DNA of 62,145 nt, from positions 1-62,145 of the forward strand of contig JADZBC010000015.1 in the NCBI GenBank assembly GCA_020852295.1, read 5' to 3'. Shown in pieces: positions 11,759-19,453 of the stretch. Position 1 is the stretch's first letter. Every line of letters starts with the position of its first letter. The translations under genes and the position numbers were made by a program. Source of the stretch: a bacterium. GTDB taxonomy: Bacteria; Patescibacteriota; Saccharimonadia; CAILAD01; JADZBC01. The notes under the pieces are model-generated. The model had not been told where the DNA came from. It worked only from the letters and a program-made list of their open reading frames with translations, and made no database searches.

Positions 11759-14413
11759 TTATGCACTATCAAAATGTTTGGCAAGCTTGTGCTCAGCCTG
11801 CTTGGTGGCATCCGCTATCTGATTTTGGGTTGGGTTTGGTCCCAAATCAAACACAAGGCGAATGGCAAAACGCTTTTTGGAGTTCTTCGCAAGAGCCTCG
11901 TCCGAGAAACTACTCAGATACTCAATTTCGGTTAAATGAGCAATGCTTTTGGCTGCCACTTCAACATCTTGCCACATCACTTGCGTAGCAACTTCCACGT
12001 TCACATCTCGCGTAACAAGCTGATAGGCCGGCACATCGACCGCCTCCAAGACACCAATGCACAGCATGGCTTGCACCACATCGACCGCGCCGTAACTTAC
12101 CTCATCCTTAATTCCAAATTTATTAAGCACCGCTGGCTTAACCTGATAGAGCTGCCCAAGCACTTGGCCGCCTACCTCAACGTCAAAACTGCGGCCGCTA
12201 ATCCCAGCGCTTGTTTGGCAGGGTCGGTAGGTTATAGCGGCCCGGCCAAACACCGCTTCAAGTGCTGCCTTAACTCGACCAATACTACCATCGCCAGTCC
12301 CCGCTACACCAATCACAACTCGCTCCTGCGGCAACGGCTGGCCCGCCAACGGAATATAGACATGAGATGCCTCAAAGAATGTCACCTTCTTTTTATTGAG
12401 ACGATTCGCCGAGATAGAGAGAAGATGACTCGCCAGCAAGTCAGATCGTAAATACTGCTGTTCGACCGTGAGGGGATTATGGATCTCAAGATGCTGGTTT
12501 GCCTTGACACCAACGGATTCGAGTGCTTGTCGACTCACAAATGCATAACTAATTACCTCATATAGACCACGCGAAACCAGTTGGTGTTTAAGTCGCATAA
12601 TGGTCGGTAAAAGCTGATGATCAAGCGTATTGGTCGCCGGTAAGTCGGGCAGTGTCATCGGGATATTGTCATAGCCAATCAGCTTAGTAACCTCCTCAAC
12701 AATATCCTCTTCAAGCCTCACGTCGGTGCGCCACCACGGTGGCTTGACGCTAAATATATGATTGAAGCTCGGAATTGGTCGAGCAATAAAGCCGAAGTCC
12801 GGTCGGCTAACGACTTCGCTGAGGGTCAATGTGTGTATGGCTCCTGACTGATCGGCGCCGATGATTTTTTGCTTGGAAGCAACGACGCCAAGCATGGTTG
12901 GCTTTTGTAGTGAGCTACCACATTGCACAACATCGCCTGGGCGTGCCATATCCGAATCAATCGAATTACGCTGCCACTGCTTCAGACTTTCCTGGTCACA
13001 ACTCAACCCAAGTGGCGCAAAGACGTCATTGATAAAACTATAGACACTCTCATGATTACGTTGTGATTTGGCCTGCTCGATTGCTTTGGTTAGACTGTAG
13101 TGACTTACATCAAATCCTAGTCGGCGGAGTCCTGCACTAAACTCTTTATCATTCAGCTCAATACCGATGAGTTTTTCGGCTCGACGTTGCGAAAATTTTA
13201 CCGGCTGAAGTTCGAGCGGTTTTACAAAATCGTCATAGACAGGGGAGAGCAATACACCTTCGCAGCACTCTTCAAGTAAGCCGATAAGGCGCGCGGCTGC
13301 ATCGTGCGCCAAGTGAGGGGGGAGAGAGCGCTCGAATCGAGCCGATGCATCACTTCGCAACCCATGGCGCAGCGCTGCTTTACGCACGCGCGGACCATTG
13401 AACGTTGCGATCTCGAGGATAATCTCTTTGGTGGCTTCAGACACCTCGGTGTCAATTCCGCCCATCACGCCCGCCAAAGCCACAACCTGTGCATCGTCTG
13501 CGATAACAAGATCCTCTGGCCCTAGCTTGCGCTCCTTACCATCTAGTGTTGTAATTTTTTCCGAAGACAGGGCAGAGCGCAGTCGAATTTCGCCATGAAG
13601 CTTTGCGGCATCATATGCATGAGTAGGCTGACCGAGCTCAAGCATCACAAAGTTCGTGATATCAACGACTGGGCTCACACTCCGTAGACCACTGCTCTGC
13701 AAGTTATCCACAATCCACTGCGGAGTTTTCACGGCGTTGTCCACCCCTATTTTCACGGCTATAAACCGACTTGCCTCTTCCCCGTTCTTGACATATTTGT
13801 TTTTTATTGATTTATATGTTTTTTGGCTAATTTGCGGATATTTTACCTCATTTAGACTCTCCCGCTTGTCAAAGGCTGCAACTTGGAGTGCTACCCCGAC
13901 CAAACTCAGAAAATCCCATCGATTTGGGGGTGTCTTAATATCCACGATAATGTCGTTATTATCTATGTCGCACAATTTTTTTCCTACAGGTGTAGTAGGG
14001 TCGAGCACTAGTATTCCTTCGTGATCATCGCTGATTCGCAGTTCGCGCTCCGAGCAAAGCATGCCATTTGAAATAATGCCGCGAATTTTCGATTTCGTAA
14101 TCTTCGTTCCATCGGGTAAAACCGCGCCAACCGTAGCAAGCACAACTATTTGATCCTTCGCAACATTTGGCGCGCCACACACAATCTCGAGTTGCTCATC
14201 GCCGCCAATTTGTACAGTCACAATCTTGAGTCTGTCGGCATCAGGATGTTTTTCGACTGTCATCACTTGAGCTGTGATGATCTTATCGTCGTAGCGAATT
14301 GGCTGCCGAACCTCCTCAACTTCAATCTCAGTTCGTGAAAATATCTCGACCAGCTGATCGATCGTGACCGGATTTTTTAGATATTGGTTGATTTGTTTAA
14401 GTCCGATAAGCAT
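11759..14413 (-). CDS. pheT: Phenylalanine--tRNA ligase beta subunit (with about 110-aa insertion in the B5 region)
   Basis: 884 aa. N-terminal tRNA-binding OB fold (KHPDADRLKIVTV...CGAPNV), B3/B4, B5 motif WWRTDVRLEEDIVEEVTKLIGYDNIP, C-terminal FDX-ACB-like domain. Start overlaps the pheS stop. Confidence 0.93.
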   Translation of the reverse strand: MLIGLKQINQYLKNPVTIDQLVEIFSRTEIEVEEVRQPIRYDDKIITAQVMTVEKHPDADRLKIVTVQIGGDEQLEIVCGAPNVAKDQIVVLATVGAVLPDGTKITKSKIRGIISNGMLCSERELRISDDHEGILVLDPTTPVGKKLCDIDNNDIIVDIKTPPNRWDFLSLVGVALQVAAFDKRESLNEVKYPQISQKTYKSIKNKYVKNGEEASRFIAVKIGVDNAVKTPQWIVDNLQSSGLRSVSPVVDITNFVMLELGQPTHAYDAAKLHGEIRLRSALSSEKITTLDGKERKLGPEDLVIADDAQVVALAGVMGGIDTEVSEATKEIILEIATFNGPRVRKAALRHGLRSDASARFERSLPPHLAHDAAARLIGLLEECCEGVLLSPVYDDFVKPLELQPVKFSQRRAEKLIGIELNDKEFSAGLRRLGFDVSHYSLTKAIEQAKSQRNHESVYSFINDVFAPLGLSCDQESLKQWQRNSIDSDMARPGDVVQCGSSLQKPTMLGVVASKQKIIGADQSGAIHTLTLSEVVSRPDFGFIARPIPSFNHIFSVKPPWWRTDVRLEEDIVEEVTKLIGYDNIPMTLPDLPATNTLDHQLLPTIMRLKHQLVSRGLYEVISYAFVSRQALESVGVKANQHLEIHNPLTVEQQYLRSDLLASHLLSISANRLNKKKVTFFEASHVYIPLAGQPLPQERVVIGVAGTGDGSIGRVKAALEAVFGRAAITYRPCQTSAGISGRSFDVEVGGQVLGQLYQVKPAVLNKFGIKDEVSYGAVDVVQAMLCIGVLEAVDVPAYQLVTRDVNVEVATQVMWQDVEVAAKSIAHLTEIEYLSSFSDEALAKNSKKRFAIRLVFDLGPNPTQNQIADATKQAEHKLAKHFDSA

Positions 14414-15417
14414 TAGAATTGCCTCAAGTAACGGAAGTTAGGTCGCCAAAAGTAGCGAATATCACTGACGCCGTATTTTACCATTGCGATACGCTCTGCT
14501 CCTAAACCAAAGGCAAATCCGGAGTATCGTACACTATCAATTCCGGCGTTCTCTAAGACCTGCGGGTGCACCATACCGGCACCGGCCATCTCGAGCCATT
14601 CGCCGTTATACCATGCATCTATCTCAACCGACGGTTCGGTGTATGGGAAGAAACTCGGACGCAGCCGAATCTTGGTTTCTTCACCAAGTATAGCTCGCAT
14701 CACGTGATTAAGTGTTCCCTTGAGATCGCTAAGCGACACATTCTCGCCAACCACAAGTCCTTCTATCTGATAAAACGACCAGGAATGAGTTCGGTCTTCA
14801 TCTTCATTACGGAATACCCGACCAGGCACAATAATCTTAAATGGCGGCTCATGCTGCTCCATAAAACGGACCTGCATGGCCGATGTTTGAGTGCGTGGCA
14901 AATGCGTATCTGGCTCATCTACCCCCTGCTTCTTCAGATAAAAAGTATCCTGCATATCACGAGCTGGGTGCTCGGGTGGCTGATTGAGGGCTTCAAAATT
15001 GTACCAGTCAGACTCGATTTCGGGACCGTCAACAATGGCGAATCCCAGCGAACTAAAAACGTCATAGACGGTCGAGAGTACGTGCGAGATCGGATGTAGA
15101 TGACCATAAGGCTGACCATATTCTGGTGTGGAGATATCAATTGGCGGAAAAGCTTGCTCCTCGAGAAGACCCTCTATTCGCTCACGTGCCAACTGCTCAA
15201 GCTGCTTCTTTGCCTGATTAAGCAGTGGGCCCTGTAGCTTCTTCTCCTCAATCGACAGCCCGGGCAGATCATTCAGCCAACTCTGGATCGGACTTTTTGC
15301 ACCAAGATATTTTGAGCGTACCTGATTAATCTCCCATTCATTGGTCGCTTCCTGTAGTGCCTTCTTCGCAAGATCTACGCTTTTTTCTAGTTCTACTTTG
15401 GAAAATTTCGTCATCAA
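14413..15417 (-). CDS. pheS: Phenylalanine--tRNA ligase alpha subunit
   Basis: 334 aa. Class II aaRS motifs (HPARDMQDTFY, VFRNEDEDRTHSWSFYQIEG, GAGMVHPQVL, GFAFGLGAERIAM). Confidence 0.95.
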   Translation of the reverse strand: MMTKFSKVELEKSVDLAKKALQEATNEWEINQVRSKYLGAKSPIQSWLNDLPGLSIEEKKLQGPLLNQAKKQLEQLARERIEGLLEEQAFPPIDISTPEYGQPYGHLHPISHVLSTVYDVFSSLGFAIVDGPEIESDWYNFEALNQPPEHPARDMQDTFYLKKQGVDEPDTHLPRTQTSAMQVRFMEQHEPPFKIIVPGRVFRNEDEDRTHSWSFYQIEGLVVGENVSLSDLKGTLNHVMRAILGEETKIRLRPSFFPYTEPSVEIDAWYNGEWLEMAGAGMVHPQVLENAGIDSVRYSGFAFGLGAERIAMVKYGVSDIRYFWRPNFRYLRQF

Positions 15418-15806
15418 TATGCCCTTCTCGTTCTGAAGTACAGTTCAACCACCACAAGCGTCAGTACAAACAGAACAATATCTCGCATATTAAGGCTGCC
15501 GAGAGATTTGAGTGCCAACAGAACAGTTACCCCAAGAGAAATTATTACTCCGGTACGTAGACTCCCCGACAATAACTTCGATAACTTATCCTGATTTGCA
15601 GGTTTGCGAAATCTAAGACCATAGCCAATAAGCGCCGCCAAAGATGCAAGAAAAACAAACAGGCCGATAAACCAAATTGTGACACCGCCCGGCCCCAACT
15701 CCTTTGGTGTAGTACCAAATAGGATTAGAAACACATAGCCACCAGCGACTAGCAAAGAAATAAAAAGAGCAGCAAGCTGCATTAAAAGTTTATTTTGCAC
15801 TTTCAT
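15414..15806 (-). CDS. Hypothetical small membrane protein (4 predicted TM helices)
   Basis: 130-aa hydrophobic ORF overlapping the pheS start by 4 nt. TATAAT-type -10 box about 20 nt upstream. Confidence 0.55.
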   Translation of the reverse strand: MKVQNKLLMQLAALFISLLVAGGYVFLILFGTTPKELGPGGVTIWFIGLFVFLASLAALIGYGLRFRKPANQDKLSKLLSGSLRTGVIISLGVTVLLALKSLGSLNMRDIVLFVLTLVVVELYFRTRRAY

Positions 15807-15975
15807 ATCGGTTTTATTATCTCAAATCATGATTATAGGTACAAGTCAATAAATATTGAATACATTAATTATTTCATTGAATGCAAATTATTTTTCGAAC
15901 ACTTTTTTTGTTCTTTTTTGTGTCACAATGCTCTGCGCGGGATCATCTTCATTTTTTTTCAAAAAAACGATAAAC

Positions 15976-15997
15976 AAAAAAACACCCGTCTGGGTGT
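15976..15997 (-). terminator. Intrinsic terminator (minus strand)
   Basis: Minus strand reads ACACCCAGACGGGTGTTTTTTT: a 6-bp GC-rich stem followed by a T7 run. Confidence 0.65.
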
Positions 15998-16405
15998 TTG
16001 TCCGTAAAAATGGTTACGGGCCAACAAATGTGGCCGTTAAAGTTAAGAAACTAGATTGCCACTTGTTGGCCCGGGATGAGCCCTAGGTTTCCCTAAGGTC
16101 AAAGTTTGGTTTTGGGATCGCGATACTGTGCGATCGACCAAAAACTTCCCTGCCATCCTTGTGGTTAATAGTCAGGGCGCTGAAGCTGTAGAAGAGCAAG
16201 CTCTCACACAGCTAGCAGCACTCTGACTATTACCGTCGGGATAGTAGTAACTACAAGATGTAGCTGTCCGCCCTAGAACAGTAGGGAAAATCCGTCTAGA
16301 AACAAGGGGGCTGTTTCTAGATCGGACTACCCCTACCGTTGGGTCCTTTGCGAGTTCAGGACCGGCGATGATGTTTTTTTTATTTTTGTTTTAATGAACG
16401 ATGTT
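15976..16405 (-). ncRNA. Candidate structured non-coding RNA of unknown class (about 430 nt)
   Basis: Bounded by promoter TTGACA-N18-TATACT (16412-16441) and the terminator at 15976-15997. At least 8 stable hairpins, including a 67-nt extended hairpin (TAATAGTCAG...CTGACTATTA), a GAAA-capped stem and a 14-bp stem (GGCCAACAAGTGGC/GCCACATTTGTTGGCC). No ORF with an SD. Distinct from ssrA and rnpB found elsewhere in the window. Confidence 0.45.
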
Positions 16406-16411
16406 GGATAT

Positions 16412-16441
16412 AGTATAGCACGACGCTTATGCTTATGTCAA
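16412..16441 (-). promoter_or_regulatory. Sigma70-type promoter TTGACA-N18-TATACT
   Basis: Plus strand shows agtata at 16412-16417 and tgtcaa at 16436-16441. Located just after the trpS 3' hairpin and points into the ORF-free region. Confidence 0.55.
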
Positions 16442-16510
16442 CACTTTTTGTGAATTTTAATAGTTGTCTCCAGGTTAAACCTGGAATTTCGTTGTAAAAA
16501 TTACACGTCG

Positions 16511-17494
16511 CTAAGTTAGGCCGATTTTTTGCTTTATTCCGTTAAGTTTCTTCTGAGCGATGCCTGCAGCCCGTTGGCTCCCCTCCTCGATAACGTCATC
16601 GAGTCGTTTTTTGTCTTGTCGGATAACTTCGTAGTCCATTTGTAATTGTGATATTTGCTCAACTACAAGCTCAGCCAGCTCAGTCTTGAAGGTTCCATAG
16701 CCGACTCCTGCATACTTATTGGCTACCTCGGGGACCGACATATCGCTAAATCCTGCATATACCTGGAGAAGATTCGCGATGGCCGGCTTATCATCACTCA
16801 GCTCTATTGTACTGCCTGAGTCGGTCACTGCTCGCTTAATTTTTTTGGTAATTACTTTTGGCTCATCGGCAAGCATGATATTTCCATTCTGATTCGCATC
16901 GCTCTTACTCATCTTGATTGTAGGTGTAGTCAGGCTCATGACTCGAGCACCGACTTGCGGTAGGGCCGGCTCGGGTACCACAAAGCAGTCGCCGTAGATA
17001 TTGTTCATGCGAGTAGCGATATCTCGCGTTAGTTCGACGTGTTGCTTCTGGTCTTCGCCAACCGGCACGATATCGGCACTGTAAAGCAGAATATCGGCCG
17101 CCATGAGTACTGGATAGGTGTACAGCGCCACCACCTGACCATCTGCACCGCGTTTACTACTCTTGTCTTTGTACTGAGTCATGCGATTGAGCTCGCCCAT
17201 TGTCACATAATTTTGCAATATCCAGCACAGTTCTGCATGGGCGGGCACACGTGACTGCACAAAAATAGTTGATTTGCGAGGATCGATACCGACCGCTAGC
17301 AGCCAAGCAACGGTATCATAGATATTGCCGCGCAGCGTCTCCGCATCTGGACGGACGTTGAGCGTATGTAGATCTGGTATAAAGAAAAATGCCCGCCCCT
17401 GATTCTGCCAGTCGACCCACGGCTTCATCGCTCCTAGGTAATTGCCAATGTGCATCTTGCCAGTCGCCTGCACCCCCGAAAGTATGGTTTTCAT
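16511..17494 (-). CDS. trpS: Tryptophan--tRNA ligase
   Basis: 327 aa. Class I aaRS with a HIGH-like MHIGNYLGA motif and the KMSKS motif (KMSKSD). Confidence 0.95.
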   Translation of the reverse strand: MKTILSGVQATGKMHIGNYLGAMKPWVDWQNQGRAFFFIPDLHTLNVRPDAETLRGNIYDTVAWLLAVGIDPRKSTIFVQSRVPAHAELCWILQNYVTMGELNRMTQYKDKSSKRGADGQVVALYTYPVLMAADILLYSADIVPVGEDQKQHVELTRDIATRMNNIYGDCFVVPEPALPQVGARVMSLTTPTIKMSKSDANQNGNIMLADEPKVITKKIKRAVTDSGSTIELSDDKPAIANLLQVYAGFSDMSVPEVANKYAGVGYGTFKTELAELVVEQISQLQMDYEVIRQDKKRLDDVIEEGSQRAAGIAQKKLNGIKQKIGLT

Positions 17495-18492
17495 AAGTCT
17501 CCTTTGTCCATATTATGGCCTATCGTCTGATCAAGAGCCACCTCGGCGTGCTTACCTGCTCCGAGCTGACTAGCAGACTCAATCTTCGTGCCAAGTCGGC
17601 CATAGCTGGCCGAGGCTGTATCCATAGCATTCTTGGCGTTGTTGAGATGCTTTCCAGCTAGGTTTAGTTCATCGCCAAACTTGCGAGCATCAACCTGTAT
17701 GCCCTTGAGATAATTCATGACCTCCTTAGCCTTCTCCTCGATTAGTTCACCTTCAAGAGCGAGCAGAACGGTGCGCAGAAAGTAGTAAAAACTGTGTGGC
17801 GAAACGAGATACACGCGCTGTGAAGCAGCAAACTCCGACAGATCAGTATTGGTAATAACCTCGTAATATATGGCCTCGCCAGGTATGTACATCAGAGCAA
17901 AATCGACGGTACCCTCACCTGGCAAGATATATTTTTTGGCAATCGCCTGAATGTGTTTTTTGACATCCCCCACAAACAACTTATGTGCCGCGGCACGATG
18001 CTCATCAGTTTGAGCCTGAGTAAAAGCCAAGAAATTCTCTGCCGGAAACTTGGAGTCTACTGGGATGTAGCCGTTTTTTGTCTTGATGATCGCATCAACC
18101 TTCTCGCCGGAACGAAACGCGTACTGCAACTGATAGCTGCCCTTTGGAATCTGTTGCGAGATCAAGTCGTTCATCATTTGCTCGCCAATATTTCCCCTGT
18201 TCTTCGGGCTTTTGAGCGCATCCTGGATGTCTTTCATGCTGCGGCCGAGTTCCTGCATCTTACCAAGTTCATTCTGGAGACTCCCAAAGACCGCAGCAGC
18301 TCGATCAAGCCGATCATTCATATGGGCTTGGGTTTGGTTGAGGGTCTGACTCATACCGACCAGATCTTGCTTGATCAATCCCAAGGCCGAATCGTCTTTG
18401 AGGGCACTTAGTTTTTGATTGAAGTACACAAAAACAAGGCCAAAACCGGCCAATACCACAACCAAAACAATGATGATCAACACCTCTGTCAT
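17491..18492 (-). CDS. rmuC: DNA recombination protein RmuC
   Basis: 333 aa. N-terminal TM helix, coiled-coil region, RmuC-type C-terminal domain (DFALMYIPGEAIYYE, VSPHSFYYFLRTV). 4-nt overlap with trpS. Confidence 0.8.
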   Translation of the reverse strand: MTEVLIIIVLVVVLAGFGLVFVYFNQKLSALKDDSALGLIKQDLVGMSQTLNQTQAHMNDRLDRAAAVFGSLQNELGKMQELGRSMKDIQDALKSPKNRGNIGEQMMNDLISQQIPKGSYQLQYAFRSGEKVDAIIKTKNGYIPVDSKFPAENFLAFTQAQTDEHRAAAHKLFVGDVKKHIQAIAKKYILPGEGTVDFALMYIPGEAIYYEVITNTDLSEFAASQRVYLVSPHSFYYFLRTVLLALEGELIEEKAKEVMNYLKGIQVDARKFGDELNLAGKHLNNAKNAMDTASASYGRLGTKIESASQLGAGKHAEVALDQTIGHNMDKGDL

Positions 18493-18509
18493 GAACTTAT
18501 TATACCAGC

Positions 18510-19346
18510 TTATGCTTCAATCGTGTCGGCTTGATAGCTACCCAGCTCGTACACCGTATTGCCCTGCTGCCGGATCTCGGCAAGTGCTTGTTGGGCAGCT
18601 GAGGCGTGCAGACCGATCTCTATATCAATGTAAAAATAGTATTGCCAAGTTTCTTCAGGTATAGGCCGCGATGAGAGCTTCGTAAGATTGATGCCGGGTT
18701 CAGCAAAGGCTCGCAGGACGTTGTAAAGCGCTCCTGGCTGATGGGCGGTCTTAATAATCAATGATGATTTGTTGTTATCCGCGCTCTCTCGCTGTTCGCG
18801 GCTCAAGACGAAAAATCTGGTGTAGTTTCGTTTGTCGGTTTCAATATCCGATGCGAGCACTGCGAGACCATGGCGCTCAGCTGCCGCACGACTGCCAATA
18901 GCTGCGTAAAATTCATCTGATCCAGCTACAAATTTCGCCGCTTCAGCCGTGTCGTGACGCTCATGAATATCTGCGTGACTCAGCTGTGATTGCAAGAACT
19001 CCTCGCACTGCAAGAGCGCCATCGGATGCGAAAAAACATCAGTGATCTGCGCTAAGACGACCCCAGGCTTCGCCATGAGATTTTGGGAGATACGAAGATA
19101 CTGTTCGCCCACTATCTTGAGCTGATAGCGTCGCAGTAAGTCATAAACTTCATTAATTGAGCCAACCAGTGAGTTTTCGATGGCCACCAGACCATAATCG
19201 GCCTTACTCTGCGCAACGTCATCAAATACTTCACGAAATGAGGCACGAAACAGTCGCGACGTATCACTCGTACCAAAATACTGATTGGCTGCGATATCAT
19301 GAAACGAAGTTTGTTCGCCCTGTATAGAGATAATCGGTTTTGACAT
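18510..19346 (-). CDS. pheA: Prephenate dehydratase (PDT + ACT domains)
   Basis: Start moved to the internal ATG (MSKPIISIQGEQTSFHD). PDT motifs include NYTRFFVLS. C-terminal ACT-like domain (SLIIKTAHQPGALYNVLRAF). TGCTACAAT lies 7 nt upstream of this ATG. Confidence 0.85.
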   Translation of the reverse strand: MSKPIISIQGEQTSFHDIAANQYFGTSDTSRLFRASFREVFDDVAQSKADYGLVAIENSLVGSINEVYDLLRRYQLKIVGEQYLRISQNLMAKPGVVLAQITDVFSHPMALLQCEEFLQSQLSHADIHERHDTAEAAKFVAGSDEFYAAIGSRAAAERHGLAVLASDIETDKRNYTRFFVLSREQRESADNNKSSLIIKTAHQPGALYNVLRAFAEPGINLTKLSSRPIPEETWQYYFYIDIEIGLHASAAQQALAEIRQQGNTVYELGSYQADTIEA

Positions 19347-19353
19347 AGTGGCT

Positions 19354-19362
19354 ATTGTAGCA
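19354..19362 (-). promoter_or_regulatory. Extended -10 box TGCTACAAT, 7 nt upstream of the pheA ATG
   Basis: Minus strand reads TTGCTACAATAGCCACTATG. There is no room for a 5' UTR or SD. Confidence 0.5.
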
Positions 19363-19397
19363 ATTTGCCACACATTAGCCCAGATAATTGCGTCCGT

Positions 19398-19427
19398 GAG
19401 GGTGGAATGGTCGCCCACTCCACCCTC
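19398..19427 (-). terminator. GC-rich 3' hairpin after the WhiB-like gene
   Basis: GAGGGTGGA-N12-TCCACCCTC (9-bp stem). No clear U-tract. Confidence 0.45.
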
Positions 19428-19440
19428 GCGGACTTGTTCG
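19427..19440. repeat. Inverted repeat arm IR1-L (CGCGGACTTGTTCG)
   Basis: Perfect reverse complement of 20856-20869. Followed by TGTACT, as is the other arm. Confidence 0.9.
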
Positions 19441-19453
19441 TGTACTTGTGCGC

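Noticed and set aside
16140-16260. SRP RNA or a T-box leader within the ORF-free region. GTCAGGGCGCTGAAGC weakly recalls SRP helix 8, and pheST lies downstream.
   Set aside because: The GNRA loop plus GGAAGCAGC arrangement is absent and the resemblance is on the strand opposite to the promoter and terminator. No T-box (GGGTGGTACCGCG-like) sequence is present, and an independently promoted membrane-protein gene separates the region from pheS.
16090-16380. Possible tmRNA. The plus strand contains GGGGCTGTTTCTAGATCGGAC, which resembles a tmRNA 5' end, and smpB is in the window.
   Set aside because: There is no T-arm or ACCA 3' end and no acceptor pairing. The GGGGCTG is simply one arm of a local hairpin. 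The genuine tmRNA, with canonical ends, is at 39149-39536. The region is kept as an RNA candidate of unknown class.
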